Shown here: piece after piece, positions 28,488 to 39,975 of the stretch
Layout of the letters: each line of letters begins with the position of its first letter
Numbering within the stretch: position 1 is the stretch's first letter
DNA from: Octopus vulgaris
Taxonomy: Eukaryota
Reading direction: 5' to 3'
NCBI GenBank assembly: GCA_951406725.2
Contig: OX597814.1
Span: forward strand, 88,350,001 to 88,414,000
Length of the DNA stretch: 64,000 nucleotides
Notes under the pieces: model-generated
What the model was told of the DNA's origin: nothing
What the model saw: the letters and a program-made list of their open reading frames with translations, nothing else
Databases searched by the model: none
Program-made: the position numbers and the translations under genes

Positions 28488-29496
28488 AGAGGCGATTCCA
28501 GGTCATTTGCGTCACTCGGGCTCATCACAGATTTCGCATAAGACAGACACATGTATAAAAGAAGGTAAGAGAAGTAATGCACACCGCAGACACGTGCACT
28601 GATAATTTAACAATAAGACAGAAAACCAGTTTTAACGTCTTTCTCTATTTCTAAGTGAAGTTTTAAAATGAGTAAAAATAAAGCAACCCTGCAAAGCACA
28701 ATTGATCTTTACATACAGACGCACAGAAGAATGGCAGCAATCAAATAACGACAGTGGAATGCACAACAAACATCAGCGATATGACTGTCGCTGGTACTCC
28801 TGGCAAGAGATGCCAGTTAGTATTTTAGACCCACCAGGTTCATTCGTATCAGCTTGAGTTGCTGGATAATTTTTCGTTCCTTTAAGAATATTGTATAAAG
28901 AAAACTTTTCATGGATTGGAAATTTAAATCCTAATCTCAATAGAAATTTATTGTTTCAAGAAAACATTGAATATGAATTAGTTTTAATTTTTACGATTAT
29001 AGGATAACAACTTGGACTGTAACTTCTGAGCTGGAGTCAGGAGCGTGTGAACAATGTCGAGTGAACATCTGCTACGAACGATAGTTTTTCATACAGGGCA
29101 CCTCTAAGACGACTGCCAGACGCCGAACGAAAATAAATGAACTGCGACCAGGCTCAAAAGGAGCTCGAGTCATTGGCTGCAATTGTTAGCAGAAATTAAA
29201 CCAGCTTGCAAATACACGTTCACTTTACTAAATTTATACCTGGGCTAAGTCCGAACATCTCGAGTGCCGGAGTCGCTGATTTATATATATAACAAATTAA
29301 AAAGGTGGTTTATTAGCAATAAAAAACTAAAGGCAAAATTAACAGAGGTCACAGGATGGCTATATGCGCTACCTCCCTTCGTCAGTCATTAAGTATAGGG
29401 CTTTAGTGGCTTTGGAGTTTATTTAACTCTTGTTTTAGAATAAGTGGTGTTAGTCAGTATCCTCCGTCACTTTTGTGACCTCTATTATAAATATAT

Positions 29497-29688
29497 ATTC
29501 TTTTCTTTCTTTCAGTCATTTGACTGCAGCCGTGCTGGAGCACCGCCTTTTGTCGAACAAATCGACCCCAGGAATTATTCTTCGCAAGCCTTGTTCTATC
29601 GGCCTCTTTTGCCGAACTGCTAAGTTACGGGACCTAAAGACACCAACATCGATTGTCAAGCGATGGAGGGTGAAAACACAGACACACA

Positions 29689-29725
<37 letters not shown>

Positions 29726-29872
29726 TGGGCTTCTTTCAGTTTCTGTCTACCAAATTCAAAGCTTTGGTTGGCCCGAAGCTATAGTAGAAGACACTTGGCC
29801 AAGATGCAACGTAGTGGGACTGAACCCGGAACTATGTGGTTGGTAAGCAAAGTACTTGCCACGCCTTCGCGC
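29497..29872 (-). mobile_element. SINE type A
   Basis: Colinear with 3728-4085; retains CpGs. Confidence 0.85.
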
Positions 29873-31852
29873 GCGCACACACATATTCATTCATATTTAC
29901 ACTAAGTTGGATGATTCAGTCATTAAACCAATCAGAAGCAGCAATGTGAAGCATCAGTTCAATTCCTGTATACGAAGATATGCGAAGTTGACATTCTGTA
30001 TGACGGGGAGTTGTACAAACAACAGTCACTATTGGGTATACATACTCTCCGCTCGGATGTAATACTCAGACTGTTTCCAGTGATATGTAAGCTTAATGGC
30101 TCTTAAGCCTCTCTAGTGTTCACTGAAGATTCTACACGTTACTGCTTCATTAATTTAACTTCAAACACAAAATCTACAGCCACATCTGCTCAAAGGTATT
30201 TTGTGGACGACAACAAAATTCCTAAAACAAGAAGTAAACTACCCAGTCAAATATGGCATCATAAAACCGAGAAACCCCAAATGAAGAGCTTAGTTCGCAG
30301 TAACAACAAAAAAACCCCACAAACTACATAATCTTGTTTTCTCAATCATTCTCAACATTTATACATGCTTTACCGAGCCAGTTGTTGGCGAGTTATACAA
30401 ACTAGATTTCAACACTTACATTATAGTTAGGTCAATGTGAAACATGCCTATTATATCAGCTACATTTGGTGATTACATACCGCCTATTAGACTGCTTTTC
30501 AATCATTGTGACAATTGTGTACCAGACTACCAGATCAATTTCATACAAATTATCATTAAATTTCTAAAACATAATGGGTTGTATTAGAATGCAAGTGCCA
30601 AAGTAAAATTTTGCTCTGTGTGTGTAGTGCAAAAGTAACAGAAAATACAACGTTCACGAAATGGGGAGGAAAAAAAAATGAAATGCCTTTAAGGTTTCGA
30701 GTACATACTCTTCTTCCGGAAGGTAGGATAGAAAACGGAGAAATGGAAACGCACGAGTATCCAACCGTTATGGCATGAGAAAAAGTGTGTGTGTGTATAT
30801 CTATATTTATATATGTGCGTATACAGATTCTGATCTACCTAGCTGATAATTTGATATTCAACAATATCTTTACCTTTTACAATTACTATTTGTAGTCCTG
30901 TCTGAGAATTTTGTATTACAAGACTTTCATTTGGTCTCACGAACATGTCTTGGAGAAGACATCTTTAGAATAAATTTAAATCTACCTGCTTTAGTTCTGA
31001 TGATACAACTGTTACTAACTATTGAAGGTCAACAGAAATTTAAATACATTTCTGTCATATGCAACGGATCTCAACACAACTCGTTCTAATATAAAATGCC
31101 TTTTTGGAAAAAACAATTTCCCTGATATTATGATACATTCAAGATGAGAAATAAGACCTAATCATTGCTTTCTCTTAAATGCATCTCAGTACCCAGCTTG
31201 AAAAAAAAAAATCATGGAACAGCGCAAATTGTCAAAGTTTTTTTAATAAAAACAAAAAAAAAAAATCACTAAATATACCACTTTCTTCTTCTTCAAACAG
31301 CTTTTCAAAAAATTAAGATTGATTTAGAAAATGATTGCCTCTATGCTATTGGCAAGTTTACTCCATTTATAGCTGAGACCGGCGCATTAGACACTGCTCT
31401 GGCTGTAACATTATCGAGGGAATTGTATACTTTCGTTGTTAAAATAGTTGAGTAATAGTGACACTTTCTCTTCGGAAGGGGCATTTTACCCTCATTACAG
31501 ACCAACAAAACGTATTGAGTTTGCTTTCAAATACCACGAAGGTAGATAATTAGTTTTCATCCTTCCTTAAAATACACATTTTAAGTGTGAGTGTGTCTGC
31601 ATAAGCATGGCTAAGTGCTAATGAGGTATGTTTCGCCCTCAGAAGGTTCCGAGATCGATCTCACTACGTAGCAGTATCTTGGATAAGTGTCATCTGCCAT
31701 AGCATAGGGTCAACCTAAGCGTCGAGAATAAAACTAAACTGAAGGAAACTGAAAGCTCATCGCATGTACTGTATAATTCAGGGGTTAACTTTTACGTCTA
31801 TCCGATTCTGCTTAAATAGTCACATCTGTGAAATAATCGTTTGCACTATATA

Positions 31853-32051
31853 CAGTAATCCCTCGACAATCGCGGGTGCTATGCCCCCCCTCCCGCGCGA
31901 TAGGTGAAAATTTGCGAAGTAGAAACAGTACTGTATATATTTTAAAGTTATTTTTATAATTTGAATATATTTTATTATAAATGCAAAACAACACCACAGA
32001 GGAATCGACGTAAGCTTAAATAATAAACCGCAATATGGCAAGGGATTATTG
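31853..32051. mobile_element. pogo/Tigger-like MITE
   Basis: TA|cagtaatccctcg ... caagggattattg|TA terminal inverted repeats; second copy at 6077-6294. Confidence 0.75.
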
Positions 32052-32082
32052 TACTTCAATGTTTTGTTAACTGACAGAACAA

Positions 32083-32497
32083 GGCGGCGAGCTGGCAGAA
32101 ACGTTAGCACGCCGGGCGAAATGCTTAGCGGTATTTCGTCTGTCGTTACGTTCTGAGTTCAAATTCCGCCGAGGTCGACTTTGCCTTTCATCCATTCGGG
32201 GTCGATTAAATAAGTACCAGTTACGCACTGGGTCGATGTAATCGACTTAATACCTATGTCTGTCCTTGTTTGTCCGCTCTGTGTTTAGCCCCTTGTGGGT
32301 AATAAAGAAATAGGTATTTCGTCTGCGTTACGTTGTGAGTTCAAATTCCGCCGAGGTCGACTTTGCCTTTCATCCTTTCGGGGTCGATAAATTAAGTACC
32401 AGTTACGCACTAGGGTCGATGTAATCGACTTAATACCTATGTCTGTCCTTGTTTGTCCCCTCTGTGTTTAGCCCCTTGTGGGTAATAAAGAAATAGG
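32083..32497 (+). mobile_element. Young SINE type B with internal duplication and 15-bp TSD
   Basis: Head ggcggcgagctggcagaa...gagttcaaattcc (A/B-box-like). Identical TSD taactgacagaacaa at 32068-32082 and 32498-32512. Confidence 0.92.
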
Positions 32498-33609
32498 TAA
32501 CTGACAGAACAACTGGAATAGTCATCGTCGAACCTGATAGTGGATCCACTTACTTTTTTACACACACCAGTCAATGAAATAAATCTTTAGTTAGGGAAAT
32601 AGTATCAAGCGATAGTCCCGAAGCTTCAACAAAGTGATGTGTTAGGGATCTTCATATCTTTATTTATACCTTTTAGGCGGAGGTAAAGAATACGCACACC
32701 ACCCGTTTTCGGTGTAAACCTAACCCTAAACGCCTACACTTTATATCCAAACCATTTTTTTTAAAATATGAAGATACGTGTATTGTACATTCGTTTATAC
32801 TCTTTTCTGGACTTGTGCTTAACTTGGAGAAATCAATAAAGACGAAGGTCCAATTGCTGAAGTCCCCAGCAACAAAAACGTTGTGCTAAGCACCTAGAAA
32901 ATTTTATTTCGCTTAGCCGTAAATGAGTAGCATTCGTGGATCCACTGCGAGAGGAGGCCGAGTAGGTTAGAAGTGGACACTATTGGGTTGTCTTAGCTAA
33001 CAGGTATTGCAGGAGGGAAGTTTCAGTTCGTGCATCTATTGAGCACTTTTAGTTCATGGGGTTGCATGTGAATGGATGGTCTTCATTTCAATAATTAAAA
33101 TAAAGGTTATTCCTTACGTAGGCATGAAGACTAGCAAGTTTATTTCTTTATTAAAAGTGTTAGCAGCATAAGAGGAATAACTTCCATTGGGAACAGTGAC
33201 TGGATTACAGATGTAGAGAAGATAATAAGCGGTTAATCAACTCAGTGACGGGAATATTACGGACAAATCATTTTTTGTTTTTTGTTAGAAGTCATAGATA
33301 AAAGGCAGGTTTGACCCAGACGAAATTTTGAATTTGTGACAGCAACAGTCTAAACTGGATAATGTAAAGTATATAGGTTGGTTCGGTATTAATCCAGGCC
33401 AGCGTCACATACCTGTTATTATATCATGCATGATGAAACGAGAAAGTAAATCAATACCTTTTCAAGAGTTTAAATGGCGAAAGTGAAGTGAAATGAAGCA
33501 ATTTAAACATTAAAATAATTCAGTTTCACTTTCTTGAAAACTTCACGTCGAGCTCTTTTTTATTAACAGTTCACAAAAGATTTGTGAATAAAAAACAGTT
33601 TTGTTTTTA

Positions 33610-34400
33610 GACAGTGAGCTTACAAGCGCGTCAGACAAAATGCTCAGCGGCATTTCTTCCGGTTTTAATGTTCTGAGTTCAAATTACACCGAGGTTGACT
33701 TCGCCTTCATTTTTCTCGAGGTCGGTTAAATAAATAGAAGTTAAACACGGGGTGATGTAATCAAGTTGTCTCTTCCCTTAAAACTGCTGGCCTTGTGCCT
33801 AAATTTGAAACCATTATAATTATTATTATGGTGGCGAACTAATAGAATCGTTAGCACGCCGGACAAAATGCTTAGTGGTATTTCTTCTGGTTTTACGTTC
33901 CAAGTTCCAATATCACCAGGGCCGACTTTGCCCTCCATTCTTTCGGATTTGATAAAATATGTACCAGTCAAGTACTGGAATCGATGAAACCGACTCCTTC
34001 CATTCAAAAAATTTCCGGCTTTGTGTCTATAGTAAAAAGGATTATAATAGCAAGGTGACACGCCGGGAAAAATGATTAAAGGTATTTCTTTCGGCTTTAT
34101 GCTCTGAGTTCAAATGTCGCTGAGATCATCTCTAAATTTCATCTTTTCGGGGTTGATAAAAGTAAATACGCACAAAATTTCAGGCCTTGTGCCCATGATA
34201 ATAATAATAAGGAAGATAAAAGGCATTGCAGCATAGGAAAAAAAAGGATGCTTTCTGCCGGTTCTTTACATTCTAAGCTCAAGTTTCGTCGATACCAACT
34301 CAACCTTTCAAATTTCCAGAATAATAAAATAAAGTACCTGTACAAATCGACTAACCCTCACTCCTCTTAAATTACTGTCCATGTGCCTGAATCAGATATA
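33610..34400 (+). mobile_element. Head-to-tail cluster of about four diverged SINE type B copies
   Basis: Repeated aaaatgcttag..gtatttc...gagttcaaat...gccttgtgcc modules separated by (TAT/TAA)n tracts. Confidence 0.8.
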
Positions 34401-35564
34401 ATTACTGGAGATATGAAAGGATAACTCATGACGAATCTAAATAAAATACTATAAGATATTTAGTGTGGTGCACCGCAGTTTTTGAGGATATCAACACCTT
34501 CAAACTATGTGTTTTAAAACAAATTCACACACACGTATGATGTATATGAATTACTGGATGTATAGCCTTTATAACATAATGATTTACACACGAGACACTT
34601 AACTGCATGCATTCTCTTTCTATCGCTCGTTATATATATATCACCATGAGCTTGAGAAGAAAGACAGATCAGCAAAAATGAAAAAAACGGATGCTGTGTG
34701 TGAGAGAGAGAAAAGAGAGTGAACAAGTGGATGGACGAGTAATATGGTGTGTCAGAGAATGCAAAGAGATGGAAAATTTAAATGTGTGTGTGTGTAGAGA
34801 GAGAGAGAGTGAGAGAGAGACAACTGAGTAAATGATTGGGCTTCAGAGTGGATGAAAGAGACAGTAGAGAATAAGAGAGAAGAGCTAGAAAGTGACTAAG
34901 TAAGACAACGGATGAGAATGACTAATCTCCTATTGGCTAGCCTATTATCAGAAACAGGATAATGTCTTCCATTGGATGCTGTTAATGCCCTCATCAAGTT
35001 TTAAATCTTAACAATGGCTTTTGAGATTTAGAAACCTCTTCGGTATGACGAAATTACTTCTTAGACGAGCTTTAAATTGCAATTTACAGTTATATATAAG
35101 TCCAATAATGTATATACTTGAATATATTAACGTGTATATAATTTAAATAAGGATTTCTAACACTAACAAAAAGCAACAGGGTCTGTCTGGGTGAAGTGTG
35201 TATTTAATTTAATTGTGACAGTTATTTTAATCAATACCTGGGCTTTAAGAAGCAAAGTTCACCCTGGCAAGATTTAAACTCAGAAAGGAGAGCTATATCT
35301 AAATTTCTCAAAGTATTTTGTCTAATGTTACACCACCGAGTAGCAAGAATTGATAATTCTCATTTATACATGCGTTAAAGTGCATTCAAAATGTATCTGG
35401 CTTTAATTTTTCCTGCCAAAATTAATGCTGTGCAGGCAAAATCCTTTGCATGGGAGGTGTCACCACCCTTCCTGTGAGCCAGTAGGTCATGTCAATTCCC
35501 AGTTTTTACGCTTATAGTACAAACATGTAATGCACACTCACTGGATTTTTGTTTCCACCAAATG

Positions 35565-35975
35565 CATCAAGCAGAAATATTGCATCAAGTTTTCCCAAAA
35601 GCTTGGCGATACTCAAGCTCAAACCATCCAGAAGATCTAGCAGGCTTTTTGCAATGATGCCATGGGCAAAACTCAGATCAACGAGTGGTACAACTACTTC
35701 AAACATGGCCACACCTCAGTGGAGAACGAGGCATGCTCATGCAGGCCATCCACAAGCCAAAATGAGGAGCCGATTGAGAAGGTACGGCAAATAGTCATGG
35801 AAGACTGTCATACAACATTCCAGGAAATTACTCAGGAGGTAGGAATAAGCACACGATCAATGCATTCCATTTTAATGGAGGATTTGTGCATGCGGAGAAT
35901 GAGTTAAATTCGTCCTTAAGATGTAGGCAAAGCAGTATAAGCAACTCCACATGGAAATCGATCAGGACATGCTGA
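35565..35975 (+). mobile_element. Fragment of a second, different mariner (N-terminal HTH region of transposase)
   Basis: CIKFSQKLGDTQ...MGKTQINEWYNYFKHGHTSVENEACSCRPSTSQNEEPIEKVRQIVMED...TQEVGISTRSMHSILMEDLCMRR matches the mariner DNA-binding region. No catalytic domain is present. Confidence 0.8.
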
Positions 35976-36163
35976 TCTAAATATATACATAAATACATAA
36001 AACCATTAACTAATTAAGTCAGTTCACTGATTATTATATACTGTCTTTAAAGTGTATTAATGAATTAGCCAAGGCTTATGAAGTACACAGAATGTGTGCC
36101 TCAAATATAAATTAATTTAATCCCTTACAGATATATGTATGTAGATATACACACATGCATACT

Positions 36164-36749
36164 GGGTGTGTAATTAAGAAGTTAGTTTCATAACCACATG
36201 GTTTCAAGCTCAATTCCACTGTGCAGTATGTTGAGTAGTATCTTAAGCTATAGCCTCAGGCTGACCAATGCCTTGTGAGTGAATTTGGCTGAGAGAAACT
36301 GTGCAGGAGCTTGTCATATACATGTGTGCATAGTTTAATGTTCGTGTTTGTCTCCCACCATTCAAGAACCTGTATTGGTGTTTGTTAAAGTCCTTGTAAG
36401 TAGCTTGCTTACCAACCACATGGCCCCAAGTTCAGTCCCACTGCGTGGCATCTTGGGCAAGTGTCTTCTACTATAGCCTCGGACCGACCAAAGCCTTGTG
36501 AGTGGATTTGGTAGACGGAAACTGAAAGAAGCCTGCCGTATATATGTATGTGTATGTATATGTTTGTCCCCCAAACATCGCTTGACAACCAATGCTGGTG
36601 TGTTTACGTCCCTGTAACTTAGTGGTTCGGCAAAAGAGACCGATAGAATAAGTACTAGGCTTACAAAGAATAAGTCCTGGGGTTGATTTGCTTGACTAAA
36701 GGCGGTGATCCAGCATGGCCACAGTCACATGACTGAAACAAGTAAAAGA

Positions 36750-36750
<1 letters not shown>
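36164..36750 (+). mobile_element. Two fused SINE type A copies (older 36164-36395, younger 36396-36750)
   Basis: Two successive heads (taaccacatggtttcaagctcaattccac; caaccacatggccccaagttcagtcccac). The second copy ends gactgaaacaagtaaaagag(ta)n. Confidence 0.85.
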
Positions 36751-36796
<46 letters not shown>

Positions 36797-36833
36797 TAAA
36801 TAAATGGAGTTTATCAAATGGTGTAATCAAATA

Positions 36834-36930
36834 TTTTTACTTTCGACACATGTTTCGAAAATTCCACTGATACTATTCAAAAGAATAAATGGTATAAATA
36901 ATGCAATCTTCTCCTCAGGAAAGTGAAAAA
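36834..36930 (-). ncRNA. Type I hammerhead ribozyme motif (Penelope-type, minimal stem III)
   Basis: Minus strand UUUUUCACUUUC-CUGAGGA-[GAAGAUUGCAU...GUGGAAUUUUC]-GAAA-C-AUGU-G-UC|GAAAGUAAAAA. All core nucleotides are present and stems I and II pair. Predicted cleavage between 36845 and 36844. Confidence 0.7.
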
Positions 36931-39900
36931 AGCGAAACTCGTCAATATATATATATGTATAGTATGCATGTTGTGTGTACTGCATATGAATGAGTGGTGA
37001 GAAAGATTAGATGCTTAATCTTCATTAATATCCACTGCCTGATACAGTTCTTTTCATGATTTTTTATTTCTAAGACCTGTCCAAGTGAAATAAACAGGCT
37101 TCCTCAACAACAATCTGCATGTCTTTTTTGAGTAATTCATTTTGTTCGCTTCCGTTATTATAATTGAAAACAACCTTGCTTCCTTAAACCCTTTTATTAC
37201 ATTCTAATAAAAAACTCTTGAATCTTCTTAATACTATTGCATCTATCTTTGTATAAACCTTCTATATCTTTTGTCGTTTTTGTTTCTGTAACACTGCAAT
37301 TCCAGGACTCTTTCCCTATATATAGAATACTAAACTGTCATCAACATCAATCTGGTCTGGTAATCTCTTACTACAGAAAGGCAATTATATGAACAAGAGC
37401 CCTAGTTCTTCTTCTGTTAAACATGTAAAAATGATTAAATCAAACAAAAGCATATGCATTAGCTTGCTATCCAATAAGAATCAGGACATCTATTGTGCGA
37501 GATACATATAAAATATCAAAAGCTTTTAAGGAGTTAGTACTCTGGCCTTAAAATCATCTTATTACAATATTTATGTTACATATACACATAAAAAAATAGA
37601 TGTTTTTGTCAATCTTAAAAATCTCAAATCATATACTGGCATATAAATTATGGTTAATTTTTTAAATAAAATACTAATATCCTAAATAATCAAGATACAT
37701 TATTCAAAAATAAATTTGGTATTAAATTTCCTGCTAAATCAGGATATAAAAAATATTAAAAAATTCTTATTTCAAATATAGAAATTCGATGCATATTGCC
37801 AATTAAAATTATTTCACATGGCATCCTTGAATAAACTAATTATTTTCTGCATATCATTTGCAACAATCAATTCATATAATCATAGAAATCCAGGAGGTAT
37901 ATCAGCTCATTGCAGTAACTGCTATAAATCATAGGGTTTTTTGTTTAGCTACTTGAATTTAATTAAAGAAAATACAAAACTTTTAAGCATATACAATGGA
38001 ATACAGAGAATAGGAAAGACCCAAGATAATTTCCAGGGATGTAATTGAAAGTCATTGTTACAAAGTTTGGGCTAGACAAATTTGCTGCTGGCTGGCTGCC
38101 AGATATTAAACTAGACCAGCCATAACAGGCACTAAAGAATTAGAGCAAGTTATCAGCAGGGGAAGACAGAGCAGATAAAATTAAAATTTGCTCTAGAAAT
38201 CACTTTGTATGCCTGGCAACAGACAGCTAGGTTACAGTTTTTAAGTAAGCTTATCTGCCCTATCAGGTGAATGCATTATGCAGTATAATATAAAAGCATC
38301 TAAATACAAACTATGTGTGTGTGCATCAATATATATATATAATATATATATATACATATACAATATATAAGATTTATGTGTATACTTACATAAATAAGGC
38401 ACATATCTCTATGTGAACATGCATACATATATGTAATGTACGTGAAAAATGATTCCTATTCAGACAGATATCATTACAGATTTTCTCAACAGCCTGTGAA
38501 AATTGGGTATTAAGGGGGAAAAAAGGGGGGGATAATCTGAATAAACATTAGTTATTAAATAAATTACCAACATCATTTAAGTTACCAAATTTCTCACAGA
38601 ACAAAAAAAAAAAAAGGTTGGGTTGGTTGAGAAATGCAGCTATATGAAAAATAAAGAACAAGTTAATAAAAGTTGCTATGAATCAAATATCACAGATCTA
38701 TCTCTGAATATAACCTAACCTGAAATTAGCTGAGCGTCCTCTATATATTAGCTCAACCTACCAGAAGTTGAAGCCAAATCTTCCTCAAAACTACATACTT
38801 CCATTTTAAATAAGTGAATAAAGAAAATAAAAAAAAAACAACCAAAAAAACGACAATAAATAATGTAGACCTAGAAAATGAAATGAGACGGTAACAGCTG
38901 GAACACCTTTCATTATTATAAGACTAGTTGATCAAGACTGGCTAGGGCTAAACAACAGCTGCTTAAAAATAAGCCTCCTAATTTCATCAAATCCATAGAG
39001 TGATGTTTGGAAAATTAAAACATGAGATTTTATTCAGGTACATAAATACTTCAATTTGGTTGAATCCACTCGACTGAGGAATCTGATAATTCAAAGACGA
39101 ACAGGTAAAAATAATAAATACAATATCCTTTTGTCAGTAGTTTAATGGAAACTCAAAAAAAAAAAAAAAAAGCACAATGTTTTGGTAGTTCTGTTGGAAA
39201 TCTGTGTAACTTATAATAAATAATAGATTGCTCTGCACTTAATACAACACAATCACTGGGCAGTGATTCTAATGCACTGTTCAAGCTGGTGTTTAGTTTA
39301 AATAATAGATGCAAGCACTGGTGAACCAAAACTGCAGCCACTTTACTAGATATAGTAATAAAATACTTTTTGTATAAGTGTGCAGTACTTGACATTAAGT
39401 ACAAACACTAAGTCAAAGCTATGAGGTTTAAAATTCTCTGAGCTTGGTCATATTACGTGCATTGCAGAAATTTACTGTAATGACTGGCAGTCTTGGTAAC
39501 TATCAAAAGCTATTTCAAAACAGTAACAACTCTTTTGAGCTTCTGCTTGGTCATCCTATCCAACCAGTTAGAAATAATAGTCAAATCTCCCTCAACTCAA
39601 ACCCCAATTTACATTGGATAATGAAGTCATAGATACCCCCTAAAAGGACAGGACAATCATGGCTGGACTACTTTAGATCTTAAGTATGGTTAGTCAAAAT
39701 TGAACTGGGAGCTAAACAGCTATAGTAAAGGAATTCAATTATTATTGTTGGGACTGTTGTAATCAAAAGGTGATCTGGCAGAAATTTATAAAAATTGTTA
39801 TCATGAACATTAAGAAAGGAATGAAAAGACCCAGTCTCCAGCAACATCACAGTGCTAACAACAATAAGAGCAATTTAAGCAATTTTGCAAGATGTATAAA

Positions 39901-39975
39901 TATCATTGAAAAACAAAAAAAACAAGTAAAACTTCTTTCTTTGATCTCAGGTAAAACAAAAGTCAAATGCCAACA

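Noticed and set aside
29475-29905. ORFs of 80-123 aa (similar ones at 12921-13340, 36362-36592, 39847-40538 and 62179-62965)
   Set aside because: Chance translations of SINE or LINE UTR sequence and microsatellites.
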